Source: Cystobasidiomycetes sp. EMM_F5 (Eukaryota). From it: DNA of 64,000 nucleotides. The stretch spans positions 744,001 to 808,000 of the forward strand of contig JBPGPT010000001.1 of NCBI GenBank assembly GCA_051047955.1, written 5' to 3'. Below, piece by piece: positions 25,889 through 39,634 of this stretch. The position numbers and the translations under genes are program-made. The notes below the pieces were generated by a model. The model made no database searches. It was given only the letters and a program-made list of their open reading frames with translations, and was not told the DNA's origin. Position 1 is the first letter of the stretch. Each line of letters opens with the position of its first letter.

Positions 25889-28220
25889 TCAAGCACCAAC
25901 TTCTGCGCTCATCTCCGCAATTCGAGTCGTCACGTAATCTTTGTCTGTGTATGATAGCATGAGTGCATGCTGGCTTTCTCAATACATGGCTGATGACTCA
26001 CACGAGACCATGGCTTCCAGCTGATGTGCAAATGCTTCCTCGTTATCACGGCGCAGCTTCTCTACGTCGCTGATCAGCTTGTCGTGCTCATTGCGCACGG
26101 CTTGCAAACGCTGCTCTACCGCAAGCATGCCACCCGACATTTCCGTCTTCATCGTAGTGCACTGCTGTTGTAGTCTGTCCAGCTCAGCATACGCTGCCGT
26201 CATTTCTGTGTTCAATGACTGCGGAAATGCTAAGCGAGGAGGCGATGTAGATCAGCTCTCGGGGAGCCTGCTCACCTCCTTCGCCGAATTGAGTTCGGCT
26301 AATAGCGCTCGATATCGAGTTTCAGCTTCTTCACATTCTTCGAAAAGACTACGTGTCTTGTCCTTCAGGTCATTCAACTCCTCCTCTATCGCCAAGACTT
26401 TGTCGGCCTCGTCTCGCCTGGCTGTTACCGTTTCCTGTTTGAGACGGTTGACCGCTGGCTTGATCGTGGTCGTACAGTCTGGGACCATTGCCGCCGGGCT
26501 TACTGCCCCTCCATGTAGCTCTTGGTAAAAGTCAATATGATCATACCCCTGGGGCGGATTCGGTATCAGGCCTAATTTCGTGGCCTTATTCTCGTACTCC
26601 TCGACCAGTCTTTCGATGAGACTGTACGCTTGACTGCGTTTGATTTCGAGATCGTACGTCCTTCTACTCTTTTCCTCTCGTTCACTCCTTGCACGCTTTA
26701 GATTTGCGTCCAATGTTTGGCGGTCAGAGGTTAGGCGATGTATCTCGACTTCTGACAAGTTTTGCTCTTCGACTATCTTTGAGAGCTTTTCGCGTTCCGC
26801 GATCGCAGCCTTTTCTTGTTGTTCAAGCTCCGCAATTTTCTTGCGAAACTCATCACATCGGATGGCACCTTTATTGATTCCATTGTTCAGCCGCTGCAGA
26901 TACTCCTCCATATGACGGAAATCCGCGTCAAGCTTCTTCTGCTCCTTCTTTAGTTTGTCTACAGCGGACTGCACGGCAATATAAGCTATACACCACTTGT
27001 GCGAAAAGAGACCACCTACGCTCTGCGCAGTCATAGCTGCATACTTTGCCTTCAATTTTTCGATCTCTTCCACGTTGCGAAGGGTGTCCTCACGGTTCTG
27101 CTCACTCGCAGCATCGTACCTGCTCAGGAGTCGCTGTTTCTGAGTACCAATGTCGTAGTCTTCGGACGCCAAGAATTGTGGATACGATGTAGAGAGGTAC
27201 TCTCCCCACATTTCCGTTCGGAGATTAGGCCGCATGGCAGCCTCTGGCTCGTCCAATGCGCCCGGATCAACTTGTAATTGCGGAGCTGACACGAAAGCTT
27301 GTTCTCTCATCTGTTGACGGACGCAAGGGATCAGACGAATGCTTGCGAACCGACTGTTGATAGCAACATCACCTCAATAGCGGAGACAAACCAATGCAGC
27401 ATGGCAAGCATGCCTGGCCAACTGTGCTGCGCTCCGATCGCTTGCAAGTGACTCTTGCTGATGTCCGCCGCGAAAGGATATCCAACAGACCGTAATAATA
27501 CAGGCACTTCATCTTCGAACTTCTTTGCTAAAGCATCCTTGCCCAGCGTAGCTATCGGTTTCCCATCATAGTATGCATAGACAAATTTGAATATCTCCTG
27601 AAAGTCCTTTGTCGTTGGTGTGGATAGGGTCCTCTCGGCCAATAACTGGGGATAACCTCGAGTCTCGAGGAACTGGGTGACTTCATCCCGGCACTTTTTC
27701 TGAAATGCACGGTCTTTAACTGGGCGCGGATCTTTCATTGCCCGATTAGCTGGAGCATAAGATCCACCGTGAGGCGTATTGGGTACGAGAGGACCGCCAG
27801 GAAATGTAGATTGTCGTCTGTTTGCCGTCGCGCCGCCAGCGTAAACAGATGTACGTCGCATACTGACAACGCATGAAAAACGACTTCAGCGGGCCTTTGG
27901 TGTATCACTTAAGACTACGAAACATACACGGTGCTTGGTGCGAAGCTGCTTCGTAGGTTGCCTGCATCTCCTCGTGCTCCCGACCACCCGAGCGCAACAC
28001 CTCCGGCACCATAAGTGCTACCCTCTCGAGCTACAGTAGCTGGTGCTATGTATGGTTGACTCGATGGTTGTGATTGCTGAGAGGACTGTAGCTGCTGTGA
28101 CGCGCTCTGCTGGCTCGAGGAAGGTCTAGCTGCCATAGATTGACGATGTCGCTGCGGTCCGCTGGCGCCAGCCGCATTGCTGCTTGAGGCCACAGGCAGC
28201 GCGCTCTGTCGACGATTCAT
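25889..28220 (-). CDS. NDC80: Kinetochore protein Ndc80/Hec1
   Basis: KDPRPVKDRAFQ, PTTKDFQEIFKF, KFEDEVPVLLRSVGYPF..ISKSHLQAIGAQHSWPGMLAMLHW, then a long coiled coil. Confidence 0.95.
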
Positions 28221-28305
28221 GGCTCCAATGCTGCACTATCTGCACATGTTCATGATGATTCGAAAGTTTTTCAGGCAGTCTTTAAAGGAGCAATTGCAAA
28301 AGTAC

Positions 28306-28338
28306 ACGCGACTCAAGATCGCCACCTCATAAACGCGT
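28306..28338. promoter_or_regulatory. Paired MCB-like elements (ACGCGA and ACGCGT) upstream of NDC80
   Basis: ACGCGA at 28306-28311 and ACGCGT at 28333-28338, about 85-120 nt upstream of the ATG. Confidence 0.4.
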
Positions 28339-28429
28339 TACTGTAAGGAGACCGCCGTCAAGACCGATCAAGTACATCCGACAGCTAGAGAGCAAGACTC
28401 GGAGAACGTGAATGCCGCAGAAATGCTCG

Positions 28430-29730
28430 CTATGCCTTCTCGATGTCCGGGCAACTACTTTGGCTTACAGCCGTATTGTTGAGCTTCCCCACCTTCGAGT
28501 GTCGCGTGGAATTGGGAGTGGATGTGATGGTATTGAGCTGAATCACATTGCGAACGAAGCTGTTGCCTGTAGCAGGGCCCATCGTCCGCGCAGCCGCCGC
28601 CGTAGATCTCACATTCAGAACAACACGGCAGACCTGCGAAAGTGCACATGAGCATGTCCCGCTCATGCTAACGTATGCGGGAACCTTCACTCACAGCAAT
28701 ACCCTGCATTGCGCAGGCGAGCGGGCACAGGAGAACTTTGTTCCCGGTCTCCGGTGTCAAGACATGGTGAATCTTGGCCGACGTAAATTAAAAGGTTAGA
28801 TCAGTGGACGTTAAGGAAGCGTGCATACTTACGACGTTCGCGAGGGCAGCAGTAAAGCCAAGTGCGTACAACATCGCTTGGTCGCGCATCAAGACGACCA
28901 CCAATGGAGAGCGGGCTCCTGCTTGCCACTTCTTTGCAGACTTATAAAAGGTCAAACCAAGGACGACGCTGTCAAGGATGAGCGGACAGATCCCTGCAAT
29001 TGAGCCATGATTTAGCAAAATTGCAGACGAGAGCAGGTCAATCCACTTGCAGAACACCCAGTAGTTTTGGAAACCGCCGCCAATACAGCCATTGATGCCA
29101 GGAGGCATCTGCACAGCTGTTCCAGTGTGAGGGTTCCAGAATTGGATCGCGCCTTGCAGTACGACAAGAGTGCTTCGTAGAAACTGTTAGCTCGGATGAG
29201 GCGGGCTCCGATAGAAAGCGACTCACGCCAGCACTCCCAGTACTATACGATCTTTGTTCCAGAGCGCATACGTACGCATTGTCATGATGGCTCCACCAAG
29301 CATGTACATGAGTGGAGGGTAAGTAAATTCGAAACGATAAACATGCGTGCAGCTTTCAAATGAATGTGGCTGTAAGTGCGTTAAGATCAAGAGGGTTAGG
29401 ACAGTGCAAGTGCGAAGCTCTACATACCCAGTACAAAAGGTACTCCACTACCGCGAGTTGGATGATGACACCATATCGCACAGCAAAGTATGCTGCATCG
29501 AGCAGACCAACCGACTTCCTCCACATGAAGCGATACTCGGTTGGAAAGGTGATGAATGCCTCCCATATACATATGGCCAGCAGTGCTGGAGCATACGGCC
29601 GGTCAAGGTTGGTCCGCTTGTTATACATAAATTCCTTGGCAAATGGCTTACCAAAGTTGAACATTCGTGATTCGTCCATCATGCCTTCGATTGTGCGATA
29701 GAGGGTAGCAGTTTCTTCGGGGGTACTCAT
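28430..29730 (-). CDS. Multi-pass membrane protein resembling basidiomycete DUF6533-type proteins
   Basis: LLAICIWEAFITFPTEYRFMW, YFAVRY, PLILDSVVLGLT and LMRDQ...Y; several transmembrane-like exons. Confidence 0.6.
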
Positions 29731-30248
29731 GGTGAGGATATTGTGGTGTTGTAGCGAGTGTGGGCTATTCTCAAGAGCAGGGAAGGTTACGAGTATCGTT
29801 TCTTACGCTGACGGGAGTTGGTAAACCGCCTGGAACCGGTCACATCTTAAGGATTCGTTGACGCTCAGGATCTGTTGGCATATCCACCGGCTCAGAGGTT
29901 TCCGGGAAACGCCCGTACTTCTTCGACCAAATTCTGCCAGTGAGGATGACAGTCGCTGACTGTGACGGAAGGACTACCGGCGCGGCGTTAGTGGAAGTGG
30001 AAGTATCGGGTAAGCACGCGAAGCATAGGTGCGGAAATCGTCAGCGTATAATTTCTCCACACCGCAACATTAGATGAGCGACTGTGTGAGCAAACAAGGT
30101 GGAGCATTTATTCGGACCTGGTGAGTGTGAAGGATTGTAATTGTGCATCTGTGCTGTGGGCTGCTAGGTAACCACAAGCCCTAGCTGCATGCGTGGGGAA
30201 CCGGGCATATATTCCCCGGAAGCAAATTTGCCGTACCTTCACTCTGCA

Positions 30249-30254
30249 TATATA
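30249..30254 (+). promoter_or_regulatory. TATA-like element about 30 nt upstream of the tRNA
   Basis: TATATA at the position typical of fungal Pol III upstream TATA elements. Confidence 0.5.
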
Positions 30255-30282
30255 CGTTACAGATGCCAAACTTAAAGAAAAC

Positions 30283-30410
30283 GACCGCTTGGCCCAATGG
30301 TGAGAAATCTTCAACCAAAATCTAGCGGCCTGTTTCTCATTCCCAGTTCCTTAGGTTAAGGCATCCGACTACGAATCGGAAGATTGTGGGTTCGAATCCC
30401 GTGGTGGTCT
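30283..30410 (+). tRNA. tRNA-Arg (anticodon ACG) split by a 55-nt D-loop insert at 30300-30354
   Basis: Joined sequence GACCGCTTGGCCCAATG|GTTAAGGCATCCGACTACGAATCGGAAGATTGTGGGTTCGAATCCCGTGGTGGTCT folds into a cloverleaf: acceptor GACCGCT/GGTGGTC, D stem GCC/GGC, anticodon stem TCCGA/TCGGA with ACG at 30371-30373, T arm GTGGG-TTCGAAT-CCCGT. A box TGGCCCAATGG and B box GGTTCGAATCC are intact. Confidence 0.93.
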
Positions 30411-30430
30411 ATTGGTGACTAGAAAGTCTC

Positions 30431-30435
30431 TTTTT
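30431..30435 (+). terminator. Pol III oligo-dT terminator
   Basis: TTTTT about 20 nt downstream of the tRNA 3' end. Confidence 0.7.
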
Positions 30436-31063
30436 CTTGTGAGAAAGGCTTCGTTTCTTTTGCTTGGAATGAGTAGATTTGATCTTTTGTAGATTGAGTA
30501 CTTCTATCGCATAAGAAGACGTGCACTCCTGCCGGTCAGCTTCCCAGGCTCCGCCGACAGACGGAGGGCATGCGAATGAATCTGCGGGCAGCTCCGAATC
30601 TCGCGATCCTTTTCATTTCTTCATCATCATACTGAAGACTTCGAGCGATCTGGCAGATTAGCACCTCGAAGAAGATATACTGTATGCCCAGCTCAGATTG
30701 CGCTTGTTAGTCCCGGCAAAAATCTTCTTCAATGTCGCATTCAATGACGTCGACCGAATAGCCCTCGAACGCGTCAATATTCCCAATAACAAGTCAGCAG
30801 TCAGTAACAAGAAGAAAACGAATCTTGCTGGATCCCATTAATATCATCAGCGCTGAGTGCATACGTCACTGTCTGACTGAGCGCCGCGCATTCCAGCGTA
30901 CTTTGCATAGCCCGGGTGTGGCCAAACCGGGCGACTGGTTTTGAAGTGATCAAAAAGCTGCGCGCAGCCGTGGCTGGCTCTCGCAAAGTCACTCAACCAG
31001 CAGTTCTCTCTTCCGCCTACACCAAGACGGCACCAGGTCTGGTCGCTATACAGCACATCCATC

Positions 31064-32700
31064 ATGCTGTCGCACCAGCTGCCCATCCAGCTCGTTCTGC
31101 TGGCCTTCGCAACCGTGTCTGTGGCAAAAGATGGCTCGCAGGAAACACCAGGCTACCTGCACTATGCGCTGGCAAGGAGGGGCACGCTGGCCAGCAAGTA
31201 TGCAGACAGCTTGGGTGTGGTCAGCGATGACGCCCTTCAAAGAGACCGCGACTGGATCGCACAAAAGTACGGCTTGAACAATGAACGGCTAAGGCAGCGT
31301 GGCTTTGAGTCAAGTCAAAGCGGACAAGAGACCCGCTCGATACCCAGCGAGCCGTACGATCTTGCGCTGGAAAGGACACGTAGACGGAAAACTAAGCGTG
31401 GTACTGGCAGTGGTTCAGTCGGATTAACAGACGGTAAGGAATGAGAAGCCGCCACGTTTCCTTGGCAGCGAAGCACCAAGCTAACGGTCATTCGTATACG
31501 ATACAGCATTTTCAAATGGTCTTGATACGCAGTACTTTGGGACAGTCTCCATTGGCACGCCCGCCCAATCCTTCCTACTCACATTCGATACCGGTTCCTC
31601 GGATTTATGGGTACCAACGCAAAGTACAAAGCACACAAACTTTCAGACATCGAAATCATCAACATATCAACGTACCAACATTCCGTGGGATATTCAGTAT
31701 GGCACTGGAGAAACGGAATAAGTTTACATAGGCAATTTAGATGATTTCGCAGAAAGGCTTACCTGTCCTCAATTGCACAGGGTATGTTGCAAGAGACACC
31801 GTCAGTGTCGCTGGCTTGACGGTCACAAACCAAACATTCGCGGTAGCCAACGAGACAAGTTCCATCTTTGAGAGTGCAGCAGCGGACGGCATTATGGGCA
31901 TGGCTTTTCAGTCGATAGCTGCAGACAAGGGCGCAACCTTTTTCGAAAATCTAGTAAAAGCCGGTGCTTTGGCCAGCAACGTATTCAGCTTCTACTTGCA
32001 AACAGCGTACGACCTCACCACCTCATCATCGGGTACTATTGGCGGGGGTCTGCTCACAATTGGTGCCGTCGATTCTGCCAAGTATTCCGGAAGCATCAGC
32101 TACAACCCAGTCACAATTCGCGGCTATTGGGAGGTCAAATCTGACGGATTAGCTATAAATGGGGCTGTTATCAGCGGAACATCGTCCGCAGCTGCAATCG
32201 ACACCGGCACGTCATTGTGGTACGTGCCATCGTCGGTTGCGTCAGCCTTCTACTCTCAGCTCGGCGGCATCTCGTATGGACAAAATGGCTATTATTCTAT
32301 CCCTTGCAATACTCAACGTTTCAACCTTACGGCCGTCTTCAACAATGTTCAATATTCGGTTGATCTCAGCGATTTGTTGATAGGCTTTGCGGACTCGTCC
32401 CGTCAAAACTGCGTTTTTGGCATTGTCGCGCAGGATACGACGGATCCCAACGGCAATCCCATGGCCATCGTTGGAGATGCTTTCCTCAAATCAGTCTACA
32501 CCGTTTTCGACTACGGCAACTCTCGAGTAGGCTTCGCACCGCTTTCAGCGTCAGCTAGCAAGACGTCAAGCACATCAAACATACAAGCGACGGCCGCAGG
32601 TCTAGGAGGCGGGAAAAACGGTGCTGCTGGCAGCTATCGTCTTTCCAGTCTCATAATGGTTGCGACAAGCGCTTTCGCATTCCTCTGTCTTAGTTTATAG
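31064..32700 (+). CDS. Secreted, probably GPI-anchored pepsin-family (A1) aspartic protease
   Basis: Signal peptide, catalytic motifs [10 protein letters not shown] and [38 protein letters not shown], then a S/T linker and hydrophobic C-terminus. Confidence 0.93.
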
Positions 32701-33042
32701 CACATTGACGGTTTGCATCGACATTTTGATGACGGACACTCGCATTCAGTCTTGTGTAGCATTAATGTTCTCATCCCCATGTGGCCCAATACCAGTGTAT
32801 CTTTAGTTGAAGAGCATCCACGCAAGACAGCAGACGCATCATGGTGATTTGTCGGCTTTTGAGCCAAGTCACGCCGACTTGGTGTACGGTTGCCATAATT
32901 GAGCAAGTGACGAGCCGTGACTGGTGACCTAGTCGTTATCTGCTACGTGCGCTCAACCATTACGGTACAACAACAGCTCGTAAGAACGTGACCCAGTTCG
33001 TGATTGGCCTCGAGCGAGTTTGCAAAAACATCAAGCGGGCAT

Positions 33043-36000
33043 CTATAAAGGCTGACCGAAATCTCTTTGAGTGAAGAGTCTTCCAATCTTTTTGAGTCCG
33101 AACTTGCTGACTGCCGAAACTTCTGTATGGCCAAACGCGCCTTGTTCGAGACGAGGTGTCCCGGACCGAGATGCAGTACCGCTTGCAGACGCCGAATTGC
33201 CCATAATTACTGAGTTTGCTCCCGTGGACGTAGTATGCAGCATGGGCAAGCTATGCATGAGCATATTTAGATTGTGAGCTAGAGCAGAGTTGGGCGATGT
33301 GCTGTTTGACATGATTGAAGGGAGCCCAAGGCCAAAGGGCGATGTCGAACTGTTGACAGACGTGGAGTGAAGCTGTTGACTGCTCTGAGATGGATTGTGT
33401 GCTGTGTGTGCGCCCTGAACATCCATTTCAAGACTACTGAGAACAGAGGTGTCGGCGAGATCTCGCAACAGACTGGTCCTTGCGAGGAAAATGTCCAGCA
33501 GATTATTCTGATCGCTTCGCTTGACGCCTTTAAGATCCAGCATCTTCTGAAAGTCACTAAACGACTGACAAGGTATCAAGACGAGGTAGTGGTCAACGAA
33601 GCCTTCGGCGGGGCTTGCGGGTGACATGATGACCTGCAGCATGATATCAACCTTCGCAAGAGACTTTGCCACTACCCGATTGTAGGATGCCAGTGCGGTT
33701 GACGATCCGCTACCTTCGCCCGTTAGTTTTGGTAGATGAAGCAAACAGCTCTTGAGTCGTTGCAGATCGAGTAAAATTTGTTCGGCACCGATTGGAGATA
33801 TAGGTCTGGCTCTAACGATAGCTTGAGTAAAGCGCGTGACAATGAGTCTATACGCGAGGAGGTCAGCTCGTTCTCTCGGTGGTGCAGATCGTGCGTACCC
33901 AACTGCTTTATCGCACCAGTTCCGGAAGTACTTGCGGTGTTCGATTTCCGTCTTGACAAGGTCAGCCACCCGGTTAATTGCACTAACAAGATCTAGTACG
34001 TAGTGTGATTCCGTGGATACTATGCTTGCATCTTTCCACGGCGACCGCAACATAGCAGTAAAGGCGGGCTCCGTCGACATTTCCAACTCTTTCAACATTG
34101 CTAAAATAGCTGTCGAGATGACCCTGCCGAGAGTCTTAGCTCTTATAGCGTTATTGTCACACGCAACCTACGTCGTGAATAGCTCCTTCTCATCCCCGAG
34201 CGATACCCGATCCTTAAAGTCTGGATGTATTCGGTCTTTCAATCGTTGTTCCAGCTGCACTATCGTCTCGGCGCAGTAATCTGCCGTGTTTAGGACAGTA
34301 CAGGCTTGGAGCAGCTCTTGCTGATTGGTCTTACCATCCGTCGACCTTCGATCCGATCTACAGGTTGCTATAACATTTAGCTTGTATCGCCTTTCGTTTA
34401 CATAGCAAAGCTCACTTTGACAGGTATTCTCCCAGGACCTCCTCAGCATACATTTTCAGCCATTTTTTGTAGACATTACAAAGTTCCAGAAAAGTATTCT
34501 TCGTTGATAATTGGGCGCAGCGCTCAAGGGTTTCTCGGTAAAAGTGGAAGAGCTCGGCCGAAGAAGGTAGAACTAATGCAGTTGAGCGTGCACCGGATTC
34601 CCCTTCGCTGCTGGCGCGGTCTCCACCACCTCCCACATTGAGTGCCGCGCCTTCAAGCATAGATTTTGGCTTTGATCGCCAGTTGGAAATCATATCCGCC
34701 AGCAAGCGGTCTTGCGCGTCTACATAGATACCGAGATATGGCTCAAAGACCGCAGAGATTGTCTGCTCGGCGGCTGTACCGTGAGTGATTGGCGAGAGGG
34801 CGGCCAACTGAGCGAATGTCAGACCTGGTTTCCCTTTACTGCTTGGACTTAGCCGGTGCGATATATCTGTCTCAAAGTCGGTTGTTTCCTTCAGCGCTTC
34901 AAGCAGACGTGATACGCCCAGACCAGACGCTACTCGCACAAGCACACTCTTTAGATCGTCGCGCGTGACTGCTGAGAAAGCGCCCAGCAGACAGCCCGGC
35001 AAGTTCCAAGCTTCGGGAAATATCTGGGAGGTCTCGTCTTCATGCTGTTTCAGCGCGCGTCGGAACCACCCAAAACGCCGTGACAGATTGTCAAGCTGTC
35101 CGGCTTCTTCGGTAGGTCTGAAGATACGCCTATACTCCTTCAATTGTAGGTTACAATACCAAGCCAGTAGTGCTTGCCTGTCGAATAAGAATGTCAATCA
35201 TTTTCTGCGGGCAAAGAAGCTGCACAGACGCCTCACTTTGCTTCTGGACCGATAGCCTCCAGTACCAAGCAGGCTTCGCTAAGGCGACCGGTACCAATAT
35301 TCTCTGCGTTACCCGCAAGTCCAGGCTCTCGCCTTCGATTGAATCTGCGCATCGATGTTAGCTCCGTATAATTGAAAGTTGACTTGTACACACGCGATGT
35401 CGAAATCCTTTGTGATTTGTTCGCGCAGGTCACTTTGCGTCTCTTGCAATCCCCGAAGTATAGTGGAAACTCTTTCGATGGAAGTAAAAGTCCTGAAGTG
35501 TGTTGCCATCTCCTTGACAGCCTATGGCGCAAAATATTAGGTTCATTCTGCTCTTCACTGAACACAGTCATGTACCAGCAGCGACTGCGAACACTCTTTG
35601 TAACGCTTGGCTTTCGCATGCTTTCGTAGTTGGTCGAATGCGATATTGAGCATATGAAACCGCTTGATACCAGTGATGCTCGTAACGATATTGCGCTTTG
35701 CCAGATCGAGCGTCCTGATCTCGCGCGTAATCTCGCGAACAATGACTTCCGACTCGGTCGCTCCTGCGCGCAAATGGTTTATTTGCGTAAATAGTTCAGC
35801 AATGGGTTCCTGAGCCGCGTGCATCCTGTCTTGAGCCTGCGCATCGTCCAGTTCCTTCTGAAGAGATGCTATTGTCGCCCTTTGAGCCTGCATCCGTGCA
35901 CGTATAGCTAGCTGGAGTCTTGATAGATTCGCATACGTGTCATGCTGCTGCCGAGCGCGTACAATATCTGGAAAATGCGTGCAGTCCCTTTAGCGAAGCC

Positions 36001-36169
36001 ACGGCTTCGCATCCGTCCATGAAAGCCTACCCTCATTCTCGTCTGATGGGTCTTCCGAGCTGGCTTTGACGGGCTCGCTTCCTCGGAGCAGGTCATTTAG
36101 GGCATCCTCGACGTTGAGCTCGCCGTCGTGTTCAAAGAGCGCATGAGATACGACGGTCTCGGCGGACAT
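33043..36169 (-). CDS. VPS53: GARP complex subunit Vps53
   Basis: ITREIRTLDLAKRNIVTSITGIKRFHML, EAGQLDNLSRRFGWFRR, FEPYLGIYVDAQDR, LNTADYCAETIVQLE, GAEQILLDL and FQKMLDLKG. Confidence 0.95.
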
Positions 36170-36323
36170 GGCATACTGGAACGCGTGCGACAGCCTCGAC
36201 AATAAAAGAGCAGGTAAGTGTCGTTCAAAGATCAAATTATTGTAAGTCTCGGCTATCAATTTAATCGTAAATCAATGGGCTTGTCTGCAAACCAAACACC
36301 GCCCGAGCGAAAGCTGCGATGGG

Positions 36324-38226
36324 ATGGACCATGGCGACCTCGATAATCCGTGGACAGAGTCTGGAATTCTGGTGCCGTCGACGTCCGAATCGCGTTTGAA
36401 CGGAGCAACTAGGCCATCTGATTCGGCTGTTGATCTGGCCTCGGATCCGCTAGTCTTTCCCGTCGACCATAGTATACGAGGCAGCACTAGCGATGCTTTC
36501 GACAAAGTCCTCACCTCGCCTCAGGCTGGTGCTACACGGCCTTCCCTGTCTCGGCTTACTTCGTCAAGCGGTCTGATTTCGACTGCTTCTACGGCGACAG
36601 TCGGACCTGCGTTCCCGTTGCAAGGATTGGAGAGGCTGGCTCTTGCTAATTTATCTCAGGACAGTCTGTCGACCGACGGAGATGGTGCATATGGTCAGAG
36701 ACGCAGCCTCGAAGAGATCCGTCGCCTGAGTATGCTGTCAGGCGGCGGCAAGGGCAAAGGTCGTGCAATTGGTGATCTTGCAGGAGTGCTGGAGAACACC
36801 CTGGTGCAGGCGCCAGGATTTCGCGAGGCTTTGCATCACCCAGTCGAGAAGGACGATACGCTCATCAAGATTGCCTTGTTATATGGCTGCACTGTGTGTA
36901 GAGCGGCAATACGCAAGAGCGCGTACCGATAACTGAGTTCTGTTCCATGAAACATAGGTGCAGGCTATACGCAGCGCAAACAAATTATGGGTTAGCGATT
37001 CCATCCAGCTCCGCAAGTTCCTTTTTATACCGCTAGACAGCTGTACGCAGCCCCCGTCTAGGGAGGTCGAGTTCGTTCAGACAGTCGGAGAGGATTCTAT
37101 TCAACTATACTTGAGGCGATCTAGCGCGTTTCCTACCGACAAGGGCACCACCCTACCCCACAGTCGATCCTTCTCTGCAAAGTCGCAGACACAGGCAATT
37201 GCGCATCAAGCTAGATTGTCACTTGATTATGAGTATCCGAAAGCGTATCGAGACGATGACGGTGAATATATATCGTCGAACCGCTCAAGCATCAGTCAAC
37301 CAGTCCCGCTTCGGCATCCACTCCCCGTATCTTATATTACCGCGACCAATCTGCAATACACTAGCGACAATGCTTCAGTATTCGCTCCATCGCGTACGGA
37401 GTCTGTTACCAGCGGAGGCGGGGTTTCTGTATCGCCTTCAGTCGGGTCACCTGGATTTGCTCGACCGCCTTCCCACTTGGCGACAAGGACCGAAAAGAGA
37501 GTGATCAAGATCGTGCAAATGCCCGGACTCGCGCCAGCTGCGTCCGTAAGTCAGCCGAAGCAGGCGAAGCAGGCAACAAATCGCTCGTCGCCCCTCGTGA
37601 CTTTGGACAGCGACAATGAGAGTCAGGTTGCAGAAGCGGGCAAGATTCCTCGGAATGCATCATTACTGCCAAGTCTGGATACTTCCGTCCCCCCGTTGAC
37701 GTCTCACGACAGACTGGCTTCTCTCAGTGGCAACTCTCCCAATCTTCGTCTAAGACCCAGGACGCCTATACAAGGCTTAGACACGCCTGACAATCGATTC
37801 CAGCCCACTTCACGAGCCTCTCTAGACTCACAGCTCGATACCAAAGGTCAGGGTGGTAACGGTCAGGGTGGTAGACATCCGGTACGCCCATCTGCGTTTC
37901 CGCAACGTCAGCGAAAAGTCAGCAAAGAAGCTGTTCCGCGGTCGATTGTACCAGCCAACTCTGCCTCTTCCAGCAACAGTGGTCAAATTGGTAACTACAT
38001 CTCTGCGGGTGCTGGTTTGCTGTCCTCTCTGCTTGGCACAAGTAATGGGACCGGTCCTGGCAGTAGGTGGCTTGCGCCGGATGAGGAGGAAATGCAATTG
38101 GCTAGAGATTATCGCACTAAAAGACAAGCGTCAAAGCAGCCCATTCCGTCACTGCATAGTCGCAGTGTGACTCGCTCGAAAAGTATCGCAGACCTAGGCA
38201 ATGGGCGTGAAAGAATAACGAGCTAG
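36324..38226 (+). CDS. LysM-domain protein, intracellular type
   Basis: HPVEKDDTLIKIALLYGCT|VQAIRSANKLWVSDSIQLRKFLFIP, spanning one intron, matches a LysM domain. Confidence 0.85.
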
Positions 38227-38396
38227 TCCAGTCTATTCGGTCTATCGAAAGTATGCATCAACAGTACAGTGTAGCATTCAATCAGTACGCAATATTCTTG
38301 TAACGGAGCAATTATACAACAAATGAACAGCCTAGAAGGGTCACTTTACTGCAAATTTCGCGACGACAACCATCAATATGCTCTACTACTCATAGT

Positions 38397-39542
<1,146 letters not shown>

Positions 39543-39628
39543 GATTTCTTCAGATGACGCTGGGTACGGTCGGGTACGGTCAGAATGACAAGGACCGTCC
39601 GTTGTTGTCGAACTTTTCGACCTTGTTT

Positions 39629-39634
39629 ACGCGT
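39629..39634. promoter_or_regulatory. MCB-like element ACGCGT upstream of thymidylate synthase
   Basis: Exact MluI cell-cycle box about 90 nt upstream of the TS start codon; TS is a classic MBF target in yeasts. Confidence 0.5.

Noticed and set aside
30536..30630. Minus-strand ATGATGA...CTGA resembling a C/D snoRNA
   Set aside because: No terminal stem and no rRNA-complementary guide that I could identify; the ATGATGA is part of a TCA microrepeat.
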